From Klebsormidium nitens (taxonomy: Eukaryota > Plantae > Klebsormidiophyceae), in NCBI GenBank assembly GCA_000708835.1, contig DF237292.1, positions 1 through 64,000 on the forward strand: DNA of 64,000 nucleotides, given 5' to 3'. The notes below the pieces were generated by a model. It was not told the origin of the DNA and did not search any database. It saw only the letters and a program-made list of their open reading frames with translations. Shown here one piece after another: positions 63,812-64,000 of this stretch. Position 1 is the stretch's first letter. The number at the start of each line of letters is the position of its first letter. Made by a program: the position numbers and the translations under genes.

Positions 63812-64000
63812 CTGTGCCAAAACCCAAGACTTATCAACCATTGATTCTTCTATAAGCATCATCTGCGAGATGAACCAGACTTTGGTGTATCCTGTCGAGA
63901 GATTTGCTGTACAGGAAGCTGAACAACTAAGGTAATCTGTTTTCTTTCTGATTTAACGATAGGGCGTGCAGCTAATATCCGACTCTGGATAGCAGACCAG

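Noticed and set aside
1-64000. CRISPR arrays, rRNA, prokaryotic operons
   Set aside because: None were seen; the DNA is intron-rich eukaryotic sequence, and most short ORFs in the track are antisense or intronic noise.

Overview
Eukaryotic nuclear DNA with many short GT-AG introns. The plant-type gene set (ClpR3, TSP9, AUG7, PMP, Mn-CDF MTP) suggests a streptophyte alga such as Klebsormidium; this is inference. From about 39.8 to 64 kb the window is a compact block of conserved genes: tRNA-Ser(AGA), PMP-like membrane protein, PP2C, TSP9, AUG7, aminoacylase-1, ClpR3 and the 3' end of TFIIE-beta. From about 1.7 to 39.6 kb it is an accessory, rearranged region that also contains one intact host gene (LCMT1). 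That region holds: (i) a two-exon RAG1/Transib/Chapaev-type DDE transposase with intact D-D-E, CxxC and H-x4-H motifs and an RGG tail, lying tail-to-tail with an unknown zinc-finger-like gene; (ii) a ~9 kb multi-exon, partly disabled gene combining a Pro-rich region, a degenerate HNH-like domain and an Ulp1/C48 SUMO protease with an intact triad; (iii) an MTP gene whose exons 1-3 (69-1441) and intact exons 4-7 (29422-30758) are in permuted order on the same strand and share a 61-bp intron segment; (iv) an orphan gene with a duplicated three-exon cassette. A 638-N assembly gap lies at 17410-18047. All exon models were built by eye.
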